The translations under genes and the position numbers were made by a program. This document shows, piece after piece, positions 7,547 to 15,000 of a stretch of 37,033 nt of DNA (position 1 is the stretch's first letter; each line of letters begins with the position of its first letter). The DNA is from a virus (Duplodnaviria; Caudoviricetes): positions 1-37,033 of IMG/VR virus record IMGVR_UViG_3300037461_000585; one strand, 5' to 3'. Below the pieces are notes generated by a model that was given only the letters and a program-made list of their open reading frames with translations, made no database searches and was not told where the DNA came from.

Positions 7547-7742
7547 GGCAGTTTTCGGGGATCTGTCATTCAAAGGTGCGCGGGAATACCTGGCCCTTTA
7601 CTTTGACAAGAAAGAGAAACTAACAGAGCTGACCGCCGAGACCATCCTGCGGTACGTCCCGTTCACCGTTATCCTGAAACCTAATACCCCGCACTCGAAT
7701 TATCGGATTATGAAGCGGGCTCTGGCGAGGAGGGGAGCATGA
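7515..7742 (+). CDS. hypothetical protein
   Basis: GTG start after GGAGGGAG; ATGA overlap with next gene. Confidence 0.55.
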   Translation: MNEKKAKKLRKAVFGDLSFKGAREYLALYFDKKEKLTELTAETILRYVPFTVILKPNTPHSNYRIMKRALARRGA

Positions 7743-8098
7743 AATTCGCCGACGTTATGGTAGGTGAGAAACTGAACGAGTATAAGGACCTTATCCGCGA
7801 GATCTTCAAGCTGCGGGTAGACGCCCGGGCTCTGAAGGACAAAGCCGACCAGAAAGAGGCCGAGTCCAAGGAGCTCTTCACCGGGCTCATGAGCCTGACC
7901 GGGGTAGACGCGATCGAGACGGACCTGGGGACGATCCGGTCCGTCAGCCGCGAGACTTCCAGTCTGGACAAGGAGAAACTGAAGGACGCCTTGCTCAAGG
8001 CCGGGGTGGATTCAGACATCGTAGCCGGTGCCTTCAAGAAAGCCACGAGCAAGAAGTCATCCACGTCCATCAACTTTTACCCTCCGAAGGAGGCGTAA
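7739..8098 (+). CDS. coiled-coil protein, possibly Gp157/Gam-like
   Basis: N-terminal helix followed by IETDLGTIRSV...SLDKEKL. Confidence 0.6.
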   Translation: MKFADVMVGEKLNEYKDLIREIFKLRVDARALKDKADQKEAESKELFTGLMSLTGVDAIETDLGTIRSVSRETSSLDKEKLKDALLKAGVDSDIVAGAFKKATSKKSSTSINFYPPKEA

Positions 8099-8099
8099 C

Positions 8100-8390
8100 A
8101 TGCGCGGGCTATTTGACGACGACGAAGAGATCCGGGAGTACGACCTGGAGCTGGACGAGGACCTGATCATCACCGATTATGAGTCCGACGTTGAGGGATC
8201 GACCGACGAGGAGCTCAACGGCTTTGTCGGGCATCTCTCCCTCTTCCAGCTTCAGTGCCGTAACGGGTGCGGGATCTTCGCGGTGGACGAGGTCAGTTTG
8301 GTTAACGTGAACCAGACGGAAGGGTGCGCGGAGTTCAGGTGCCCGGTGTGCAACGAACTTCAAACAGGCAGTCTTATGGTTCTCGATTAA
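8100..8390 (+). CDS. acidic Zn-finger protein
   Basis: D/E-rich N-terminus; CRNGC...CPVC. Confidence 0.65.
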   Translation: MRGLFDDDEEIREYDLELDEDLIITDYESDVEGSTDEELNGFVGHLSLFQLQCRNGCGIFAVDEVSLVNVNQTEGCAEFRCPVCNELQTGSLMVLD

Positions 8391-8407
8391 TGAGAAAGGG
8401 AGGGAAC

Positions 8408-8653
8408 GTGAAGACGTCTACGAGACGAACTACAATCACCTCACTGAAACGGTCTCTAAACCAAGCCCTGGGCGAGAACGACGCACTTAGGCGCGAGAAC
8501 GAGCGGCTGCGCACTTGGATTCAGAAATTTGAGCATCGGCCCGTAGTGCTGAACGAAGACTTGGCTGTCGCCATGTCCCAAAGCAACCAGGCGGTGGCCC
8601 AGCTCGGCGAGACCATTTACCACATCTTGAAAGATCACAAGAAGGAGGTTTAG
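8408..8653 (+). CDS. coiled-coil hypothetical protein
   Basis: GTG start after GGGAGG. Confidence 0.55.
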   Translation: MKTSTRRTTITSLKRSLNQALGENDALRRENERLRTWIQKFEHRPVVLNEDLAVAMSQSNQAVAQLGETIYHILKDHKKEV

Positions 8654-8656
8654 ACA

Positions 8657-8878
8657 ATGCGATCTGTGTCAATCGTGTTTCGCAACGACCTCAAGCGGTT
8701 TCCGGTGATCATACCGGACGTAAGAGGGTGCCGGGTGGACGCGGTCTCTCAATTTCTGGTCATAAGGGCCGGACAGGGAGACGCCGAGAACATCTCTCAT
8801 TATAACCTTGATGACATCGAGTCCTACCACACGTACACCATGACGGAGCCGGTTCTTTACGCCCAACCCCAGTATTAA
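8657..8878 (+). CDS. hypothetical protein
   Basis: RBS AAGGAGG. Confidence 0.65.
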   Translation: MRSVSIVFRNDLKRFPVIIPDVRGCRVDAVSQFLVIRAGQGDAENISHYNLDDIESYHTYTMTEPVLYAQPQY

Positions 8879-8889
8879 GGAGGAGGATT

Positions 8890-9072
8890 ATGCAAGTAAC
8901 TAGCACCATCACTGGACAGTCCGTCCAGATCAGTCTCACCCCTGAAACCCCGGTGGAGTACGCTATCATTGCGGAATTCGAAGATCGGGCAGTCTCCAGC
9001 CAGGTGGTAAAGCCTTCCAATTCGGCCACGGAAATGCCCTGTCTGGTCGTTTCGCTGCACGATCCGGCTTAG
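8890..9072 (+). CDS. hypothetical protein, last + strand gene
   Basis: RBS AGGAGG; its stop overlaps the stop of the convergent gene. Confidence 0.6.
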   Translation: MQVTSTITGQSVQISLTPETPVEYAIIAEFEDRAVSSQVVKPSNSATEMPCLVVSLHDPA

Positions 9073-9308
9073 GCGGTCTTCACCAGGGCTTTCTCTTCCT
9101 CGGTGAGCTCCAACTTGAATTCCCACCTTGACCTGCACTCATTACAGCAGATCTTGGTGGGAATAAATTTTTCCTGGCATGGAAACCAGACTTCCGCGTT
9201 ATACGCGAGCGCCCCGCACTTTTTGCAACGGTACATTGATCCTGCCGCGAACCTGTCTGAAACCTCCAAGCTGAATTTTTCGTCGATGGTTCTCAGATTG
9301 TCGATCAT
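9069..9308 (-). CDS. Zn-ribbon protein
   Basis: CKKCG...CNEC; RBS AAGGAG. Confidence 0.6.
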   Translation of the reverse strand: MIDNLRTIDEKFSLEVSDRFAAGSMYRCKKCGALAYNAEVWFPCQEKFIPTKICCNECRSRWEFKLELTEEEKALVKTA

Positions 9309-9438
9309 AGGCTTTCAGCTCCTTTCCGATCGTCGCGAGGGTGCCGTTGCGTTTCCACAAACATCGGGTGCGCGCAGCCGTGCCGATCGTCAATGCTTCT
9401 CGGGCGTGCGGGAAATCGAACTCGTCTTTCTTAGGCAT
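9199..9438 (-). CDS. hypothetical protein
   Basis: RBS AGGAGG directly after the endolysin; long overlap with the next gene. Confidence 0.4.
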   Translation of the reverse strand: MPKKDEFDFPHAREALTIGTAARTRCLWKRNGTLATIGKELKAYDRQSENHRRKIQLGGFRQVRGRINVPLQKVRGARV

Positions 9439-9446
9439 GACCCCTC

Positions 9447-9812
9447 CTAGTATAACCAGAAAACATCAACAGGCTTTTCGTCTACTTCGGTCAGATCGTC
9501 AACATGGATGAAAGTCTCGTCCAGTCCGATCCTTCTAAAGTTCGCGGCGAAGAGCGCCTGGAGAATAAGAAACCTCGATCGAGAGCTCGCGACTTCTATA
9601 TCCGCGGCCTTGCCGGTGGGGTGGTTGCCCTTGCCGTCCACCATCGCGTCGTGTTCGGGGCATCTGTAACCTGACGTGATCTTGAACGGGACTCCCGCCA
9701 TGTCCCGAGCGTCATCCAGAGTCAGCATGAATTGCTCGTCCATGTGCTCTTTGTTACAGTGCTTGCAGTAGAATTCCTCTTTCTTGAAGTGTTTGATCTT
9801 TTTCCAGTCCAT
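9447..9812 (-). CDS. peptidase M15A endolysin (D-Ala-D-Ala carboxypeptidase family)
   Basis: HFKKEEFYCKHC...ITSGYRCPEH...H..GKAADI...FIHVD. Confidence 0.9.
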   Translation of the reverse strand: MDWKKIKHFKKEEFYCKHCNKEHMDEQFMLTLDDARDMAGVPFKITSGYRCPEHDAMVDGKGNHPTGKAADIEVASSRSRFLILQALFAANFRRIGLDETFIHVDDLTEVDEKPVDVFWLY

Positions 9813-9832
9813 TATTTACCTCCTTATCTGGT

Positions 9833-9918
9833 GGGGTCAGGTCGGCTTTTTCTCTACGCACCATGGCGCCTCGTGATACGGGATACTCACCGACCACCCT
9901 CGGACAAGGGCTGACCCC
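9833..9918 (-). ncRNA. candidate multi-stem cis-regulatory RNA in the endolysin leader
   Basis: GGGGUCAG/CUGACCCC encloses CCCUU/GAGGG, GUCGGU/GCCGAC and CGUAUCA/UGGUGCG; the G-U pairs favour the minus strand. Confidence 0.45.
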
Positions 9919-9922
9919 GTAG

Positions 9923-10276
9923 TTATCGTGGCATCTCACGAAACCACTGCTGGGTATCTCCAGCCCAAGCAGCCAAACTTGCATAATTGCTTACAATTGG
10001 TTGTTTATTGAACCACTCTTCCCACTTGTCCGTGGGTGGCTCCTTCACATAACCACCACCAAAACGTTTATCCAATAGTCCGAGAGGATCACGTTCTAGG
10101 TTCTCTGGCTCCTTCGCCTCACCGTAGAGGAGGATGTCAATCCATCTTTCTGCTGGGCCAACAAGCCCATTTATTATGTCCAGCCTTCGCTTCAGCTCGG
10201 ACTCGGTGATATACTCCAATCCATAAGCATCCTTGGGCATTTCAAGTTCTCTTATAAAAAACTTTCTCTCTTCCAT
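9923..10276 (-). CDS. hypothetical protein (cassette gene ending ...EMPR)
   Basis: RBS AAGGAG; AT-richer codon usage. Confidence 0.7.
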   Translation of the reverse strand: MEERKFFIRELEMPKDAYGLEYITESELKRRLDIINGLVGPAERWIDILLYGEAKEPENLERDPLGLLDKRFGGGYVKEPPTDKWEEWFNKQPIVSNYASLAAWAGDTQQWFREMPR

Positions 10277-10288
10277 ACTCTCTCCTTA

Positions 10289-10390
10289 TTATTTATTTCT
10301 GTACTCTGTAACTGCCCAAACCAATACACATCCAGCGCATACTAAAGCAATTAGAGAGATTGCAAGGTCAACCATCTGAAACCAACCCAT
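10289..10390 (-). CDS. 33-aa transmembrane peptide (cassette gene)
   Basis: MGWFQMVDLAISLIALVCAGCVLVWAVTEYRNK; RBS supplied by the repeat. Confidence 0.6.
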   Translation of the reverse strand: MGWFQMVDLAISLIALVCAGCVLVWAVTEYRNK

Positions 10391-10399
10391 ACTCCCTCC

Positions 10400-10564
10400 T
10401 TATCGTGGCCGTGGCTCTTTCGGCTCACCTTCAGCGAGGCAAAAAGGCTCTTTCCACTCAATAGCATCTCCGAATAATAGTGAATTGCAGATTTCACAAG
10501 TAAAGCCGACCTCATTTTGTTTAACAGGCGCTTGACACTGTTTACAATATGGTATTGTTTTCAT
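10400..10564 (-). CDS. 54-aa Zn-ribbon protein (cassette gene ending ...EPRPR)
   Basis: CKQC...CEIC; RBS comes from one repeat copy and the stop from the next. Confidence 0.7.
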   Translation of the reverse strand: MKTIPYCKQCQAPVKQNEVGFTCEICNSLLFGDAIEWKEPFCLAEGEPKEPRPR

Positions 10565-10571
10565 GATCTCC

Positions 10572-10649
10572 TTATCGTGGCCGTGTCCAGGCAGCTTTAA
10601 AGGCATTCCAATCCCAATAACCAAGACGATACCGCCAGATAAAGAGCAT
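10572..10649 (-). CDS. 25-aa Trp/Arg-rich peptide (ending ...TRPR)
   Basis: MLFIWRYRLGYWDWNAFKAAWTRPR; starts 1 nt after the upstream stop and ends in the repeat. Confidence 0.45.
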   Translation of the reverse strand: MLFIWRYRLGYWDWNAFKAAWTRPR

Positions 10650-10650
10650 T

Positions 10651-10848
10651 TTAAGCGCCCATAGTTTCATTCAAAGCCTCCAAACCTTTTGGTGTTATAG
10701 TTACCCAACCATCCTTAATATGAAGGTAGCCCTCATTGGCCAAGCGAAAACCTCTATCTATTGCGCTTACCGGAGAATAGCCAATGTGTAAATACTTCGC
10801 TTTGGCTTTAACGGATTTGAGTAAATTTTTGTCGTAATCATCTAACAT
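10651..10848 (-). CDS. small winged-helix-like protein (cassette gene)
   Basis: RLANEGYL...VTITPKGLEAL wHTH-type C-terminus; RBS supplied by the repeat. Confidence 0.6.
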   Translation of the reverse strand: MLDDYDKNLLKSVKAKAKYLHIGYSPVSAIDRGFRLANEGYLHIKDGWVTITPKGLEALNETMGA

Positions 10849-11029
10849 AATGACTAACTCCTTATCGTGGCCGTGGGCTGCTACTCAGTCAAGCATCGGA
10901 TCATCTCTGCCGTTGCAATCGGTTTGATCTACTCCGGTGCTGTGTTCTCTCACAGCCCCGTGCCACGCCCGGCATGCCCATGCTCCTAACATTTCCCAAT
11001 CAACCGGCGTATCCAACACCCAATCTGCG

Positions 11030-11332
11030 CTATGATATTACTACCGGACCAGGAGCACTTGGCGCAACGAAATCGAAAAAACTTGTACCATAGCTCATGG
11101 TATTCGACTCGTTGCCGGTCTGGTCCACCGCGGTCACGCCGATCGTGTAGTTCCCGTACCAATCCTCCGATCCCGGGAGATCATCAGGCAGGTCAATACT
11201 CAGCACCTTCCCGACGTTGACCTTGGGGTCACTAAGAGCTGGCTGCGCGTCCTTCTTCCAGTAGACGTTGTAGCTCGCTACGTCGGGTGAAGGGCTCGCG
11301 CCCCAAGAAACACTTCTCGTTTTGATAGGCAT
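11030..11332 (-). CDS. fibronectin type III-like domain protein
   Basis: VSWGASPSPDVASYNVYW...YTIGVTAVDQTGNES. Confidence 0.8.
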   Translation of the reverse strand: MPIKTRSVSWGASPSPDVASYNVYWKKDAQPALSDPKVNVGKVLSIDLPDDLPGSEDWYGNYTIGVTAVDQTGNESNTMSYGTSFFDFVAPSAPGPVVIS

Positions 11333-11813
11333 GGTCTGCTCCTTTCATCTTATTGAGGTTATTAAATAATCTCCCGATCACGACAGGTCCGGGAGCTGCT
11401 ACCTGACAGTAAACCACCCAGGCCATAGGCAGCTCGTTCACGACAGCAAAAGCCGGGTTCGTGGATAAGGCCCATTCCGAATATACGTTCGTTTGGGTGG
11501 AAGGGTCAAGTCTGACCGCCCGGACCTGGAATTCGAAGTGCCCGGCGCGGGGTAGGACTGTAGGGAATTCCAACAGTGCCGTAGCCCCCAAAGCCGCGGT
11601 CTGGTCGTTTTCGAGCATCCGGATCTGGACCTCGAAGGAGTCCCCTTCTATCCAATCCTCGTTCTTGTCCCAGGCTAGAGTCACCGTTTGGCCGGTGAAG
11701 GTCCAGTGCTCGTAATAATTATGCGCGAGAGTAGGGGCGGCCTCCGAAGGCGCTGTCCACAAAACTGCCCACAAAAACATGCCCAGAAACCCAATCAGTT
11801 TAGTGGGGCTCAT
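11232..11813 (-). CDS. secreted FN3-like domain protein
   Basis: Signal peptide (MSPTKLIGFLGMFLWAVLWTAPSEA); VTLAWD...FEFQVRAV...YSEW. Confidence 0.7.
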   Translation of the reverse strand: MSPTKLIGFLGMFLWAVLWTAPSEAAPTLAHNYYEHWTFTGQTVTLAWDKNEDWIEGDSFEVQIRMLENDQTAALGATALLEFPTVLPRAGHFEFQVRAVRLDPSTQTNVYSEWALSTNPAFAVVNELPMAWVVYCQVAAPGPVVIGRLFNNLNKMKGADHAYQNEKCFLGREPFTRRSELQRLLEEGRAASS

Positions 11814-12000
11814 TCTCCATCTCCCTCCTTGCGTTGTCTGCCATAACATCCATCAGGACCTGCTTGATCTCAAGCATGCTGCCGTGAATAGCGGAATTAA
11901 GGTTCTGGTATGGTTCGCCCCGCAAAATACGATCCTGGGCGAAGTTTACGATCTCCGCGGCCAGCCGGGTAATGATTATCTTGTTAAGTTCGCTCACCAT
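11800..12000 (-). CDS. hypothetical protein
   Basis: Overlaps the polymerase stop. Confidence 0.55.
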   Translation of the reverse strand: MVSELNKIIITRLAAEIVNFAQDRILRGEPYQNLNSAIHGSMLEIKQVLMDVMADNARREMENEPH

Positions 12001-15000
12001 TTATACTTCTCTCCGTCCCCCCAGTTCACCCGTCCTACCTTCGCGTCGGACTTGATGGGGACTTTTAAGGTTACTGAGTGCTCCATGACGTCCTGTTGAA
12101 TCGGAATCCAAATGTCCACCAGGTCCTCTTCCACCTCAAACACTAAGTCATCGTGGATAGGAAGCACCGGCCAGATCCTGTACCCCCGTGCCTGAAACTC
12201 CTTGTAAATAGGGGTCAAATTCGCCATGCCCTTCTTGAATACCCCAGCGGCCCCGGAATTCTTGCTAATGATACCCTCAGAATCGAACGAGTGATTTGAG
12301 TCTTCTACCGCCAGCGTAAAAACGTCGTCAAAGTCATTGGTGACGACAACTCTGACAACACGTTTTCGAACAGCGGGGTCGGGGTGAATGCTTAACCGGA
12401 AAAACGGGCGGTGTCCTGGGATGTCTTCTCTGTAAGGCCCTTTTAAGTAGGCGCGTCGCCCCACCGACCGAAGCAATAACGCGGTGTCTTGCAACAGCTC
12501 TCTGTTCACCGACGTTATTTGCTCAGCGGTCCAGCCGTTAGGGTAATGTTTGCGAGTTGTTCCATCAGCGTCATAGTATCCCTTTATAAACGATTCTCTA
12601 CGGGTGGGAGAGAGGGTGAATACCACGTCCGCAATCCGTTTAGTCCAGGCAACTTGGTTTGGAGTTATCCCAAACTGCATCATAAGTTTGTTGAATCCGT
12701 AGTCTCTCACACGTAAAACCACCGACTTTCCTTTTCGTTGCACCTCTATGCGTGGATTAAACCCAAGACTTACGAGAAATCTTCGCAGTCGCTTGACATC
12801 TTTTTTCTTCGCACCACCAAACGCCCATTCGACATACGAACGATACACGGTAGCGGGCTTTCCTGTAGTGGGACGGATGTCCCCTTTTTTGAAATGTACC
12901 ATGTACCCGTCTCCGTAATATCTTCCGACCCAATACCAAAACTCTTCAGTCTGATATTCTTTTCCACCCGGCGCTCGGGTAACACTGCCCGCCAGAACGT
13001 CACCCTCTGCCAGGTCTACGACCGATTTCCAGTCGGGCCAGGCCGAATTAGCCACAAGGACCTGGTGCGCGGTGTCACACACAAGAACCATGCCGTCGTC
13101 TGTTTCTACGTGAACTAACTGCCCACGTCCCTTGTATATTCTAATGGCAGGAGCCCAGGTATGCCCAGTCCAGACAGTTGCATTCTCAAAGTCTCCGATG
13201 CGTCTGTAGCCTTCTCTAGTCAACACACGTGTTGAGCCTGGAAGACATTGGATGGGCATATTGCCGGCCTGTCTCGCAGCCTCAGCCCGGGACTGGCGGC
13301 TCGAAGAGTGAATAGTTGCCAGGTATCGCCGGCGGCCAAACATGTCCTCCACGTACCCATGCCGTAGCGCAAACGCGACCAGATCCTGCATGTAAAGCGC
13401 GACGTGGTGGTAAAGCCTGAACCACTCGTTGATCAGGGCCTGGCATCTCGGGATGGTCCAGTATTCCGGGTCCAGCCCGATCATCAGTAGCTGCTCCTGG
13501 AGCCCCGCAGCCGTAATTCCGTATACCACACCGAACCCCACGCGCTTGGCGGGGTATCGGTGTTTCATGTCGTCTAACTGATCCACCGGCAGCTTGAAGA
13601 TGTTTGAGGCAGTAATCGCGTGTATGTCCCTGTTATTACGGAAGATGTCCAAGAGCAACGGATCACCAGACTCATGAGACAACATGCGCATTTCGATCTG
13701 AGAATTATGACTCACCACACCGTTTTCGAGAACAAAGGTCTCGGTGTTTGCCACTTGAATGTGGTACGTAATCTCGCGTTCACTCGGCCAAAGCAGTGCT
13801 CGAACTTTGTGGTTATTTCTTTTGTGAATATGGTAACATGCACCGGAACAGTATTGCGCTTTCCTTGATGGGGGTCTATAGAATGTTTTGCCACAGGACG
13901 AGCACGTAGCTGGTTCGCCTTTTCGTTTTCCGTAGTTCGGGTTTCCCTCTCCGCTATAATCTCTCCTTCGTCTCAGTCCATTGCGAAGATTCGCAAGACG
14001 TGATTCGTCTGATCGACGGCCTTCTTTTACGGCCTTCCAGTAACGCTGTCCGCCCTGCGCGTAGTTTTCTTCTGCCGGTAAGTATCTCAAGTTGTCTAAT
14101 CGCCAGTTCCGCACGTCTCCATCGAGATGATCTACGTGATGTCCTTTCGGCCTTTTTCCGAGACCGTAACGCGCCACTAGAATATGCTTGTTGACGTAGT
14201 TTCTATTTCCGAACTTCCCGTACCAGGTAGGTACTCGCCGGTGTGTGGGACCGCTTGCTCCGTCGTGGATGTGCATCAACCTGTCGCCGGGTTTAAGATC
14301 TTTGGCCTCTTTGAAAGTGCCGTTCAATAACATAAGTCGATGCTCCGGCGTACACCTAACGATGCCCTCATTAAGTACCACAACACACAATTCGCGTTGT
14401 CCGGTGCTTTTAGTGGCGACCACTTCCTCAAATGTTAGGGTGATCCCGTCGGGGGTGGACAGGACAAGTTCTCCAGGTTTAATGGCATCAACCCTCTTAA
14501 TGCCGTGGATAGTTTGCACAGTCTCGTCACCCGGTAGGCATAAATCGTTGGACACGAACACACATCCCTCACTCGGCACGAAACACCTTCGGATTTCCTT
14601 CCCATCTTCGCTCCTCGTCGGCTGGTTCATCAGATTTGGTTTGGAGGACGAGTTGTGGAGAGCAACCTCGTTTCCTATGAAGGTATGCGTATCTTCTATT
14701 TCAAGATCCCACAACTCCATCTCCGGCCCGGGTTCAACCGACAAGACAACATGATTTACCCCACTGATTCCGCGTTCCTCGTCTTCCAGAGCACGTAAAC
14801 GGCGTTTGTAGGCTTCGATCGTGGAAAACTTCAAAATTCCCTTACGTCCAAGACCTGTTTCAATGGCCTGTTTATACTCGTCCTTAGTCATCCTGTGGAG
14901 TATTTGATGTTCGCGGATGCTTAACACTTTTTGAAGATTGGACGGAGTGTTGTTGTGTTGCCTTTTGTCTTTGTGGTGAATAATAGTTTTTGACGACAGA

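Larger units (their letters stand above)
10396..10875 (-). repeat. three exact 18-bp direct repeats CACGGCCACGATAAGGAG
   Basis: Copies at 10396-10413, 10568-10585 and 10858-10875; partial copies at 9923-9932 and about 9820-9834. Confidence 0.9.

Noticed and set aside
10396-10875. CRISPR mini-array
   Set aside because: The repeat is only 18 bp, the intervals are 154 and 272 bp and protein-coding, and there is no cas operon.
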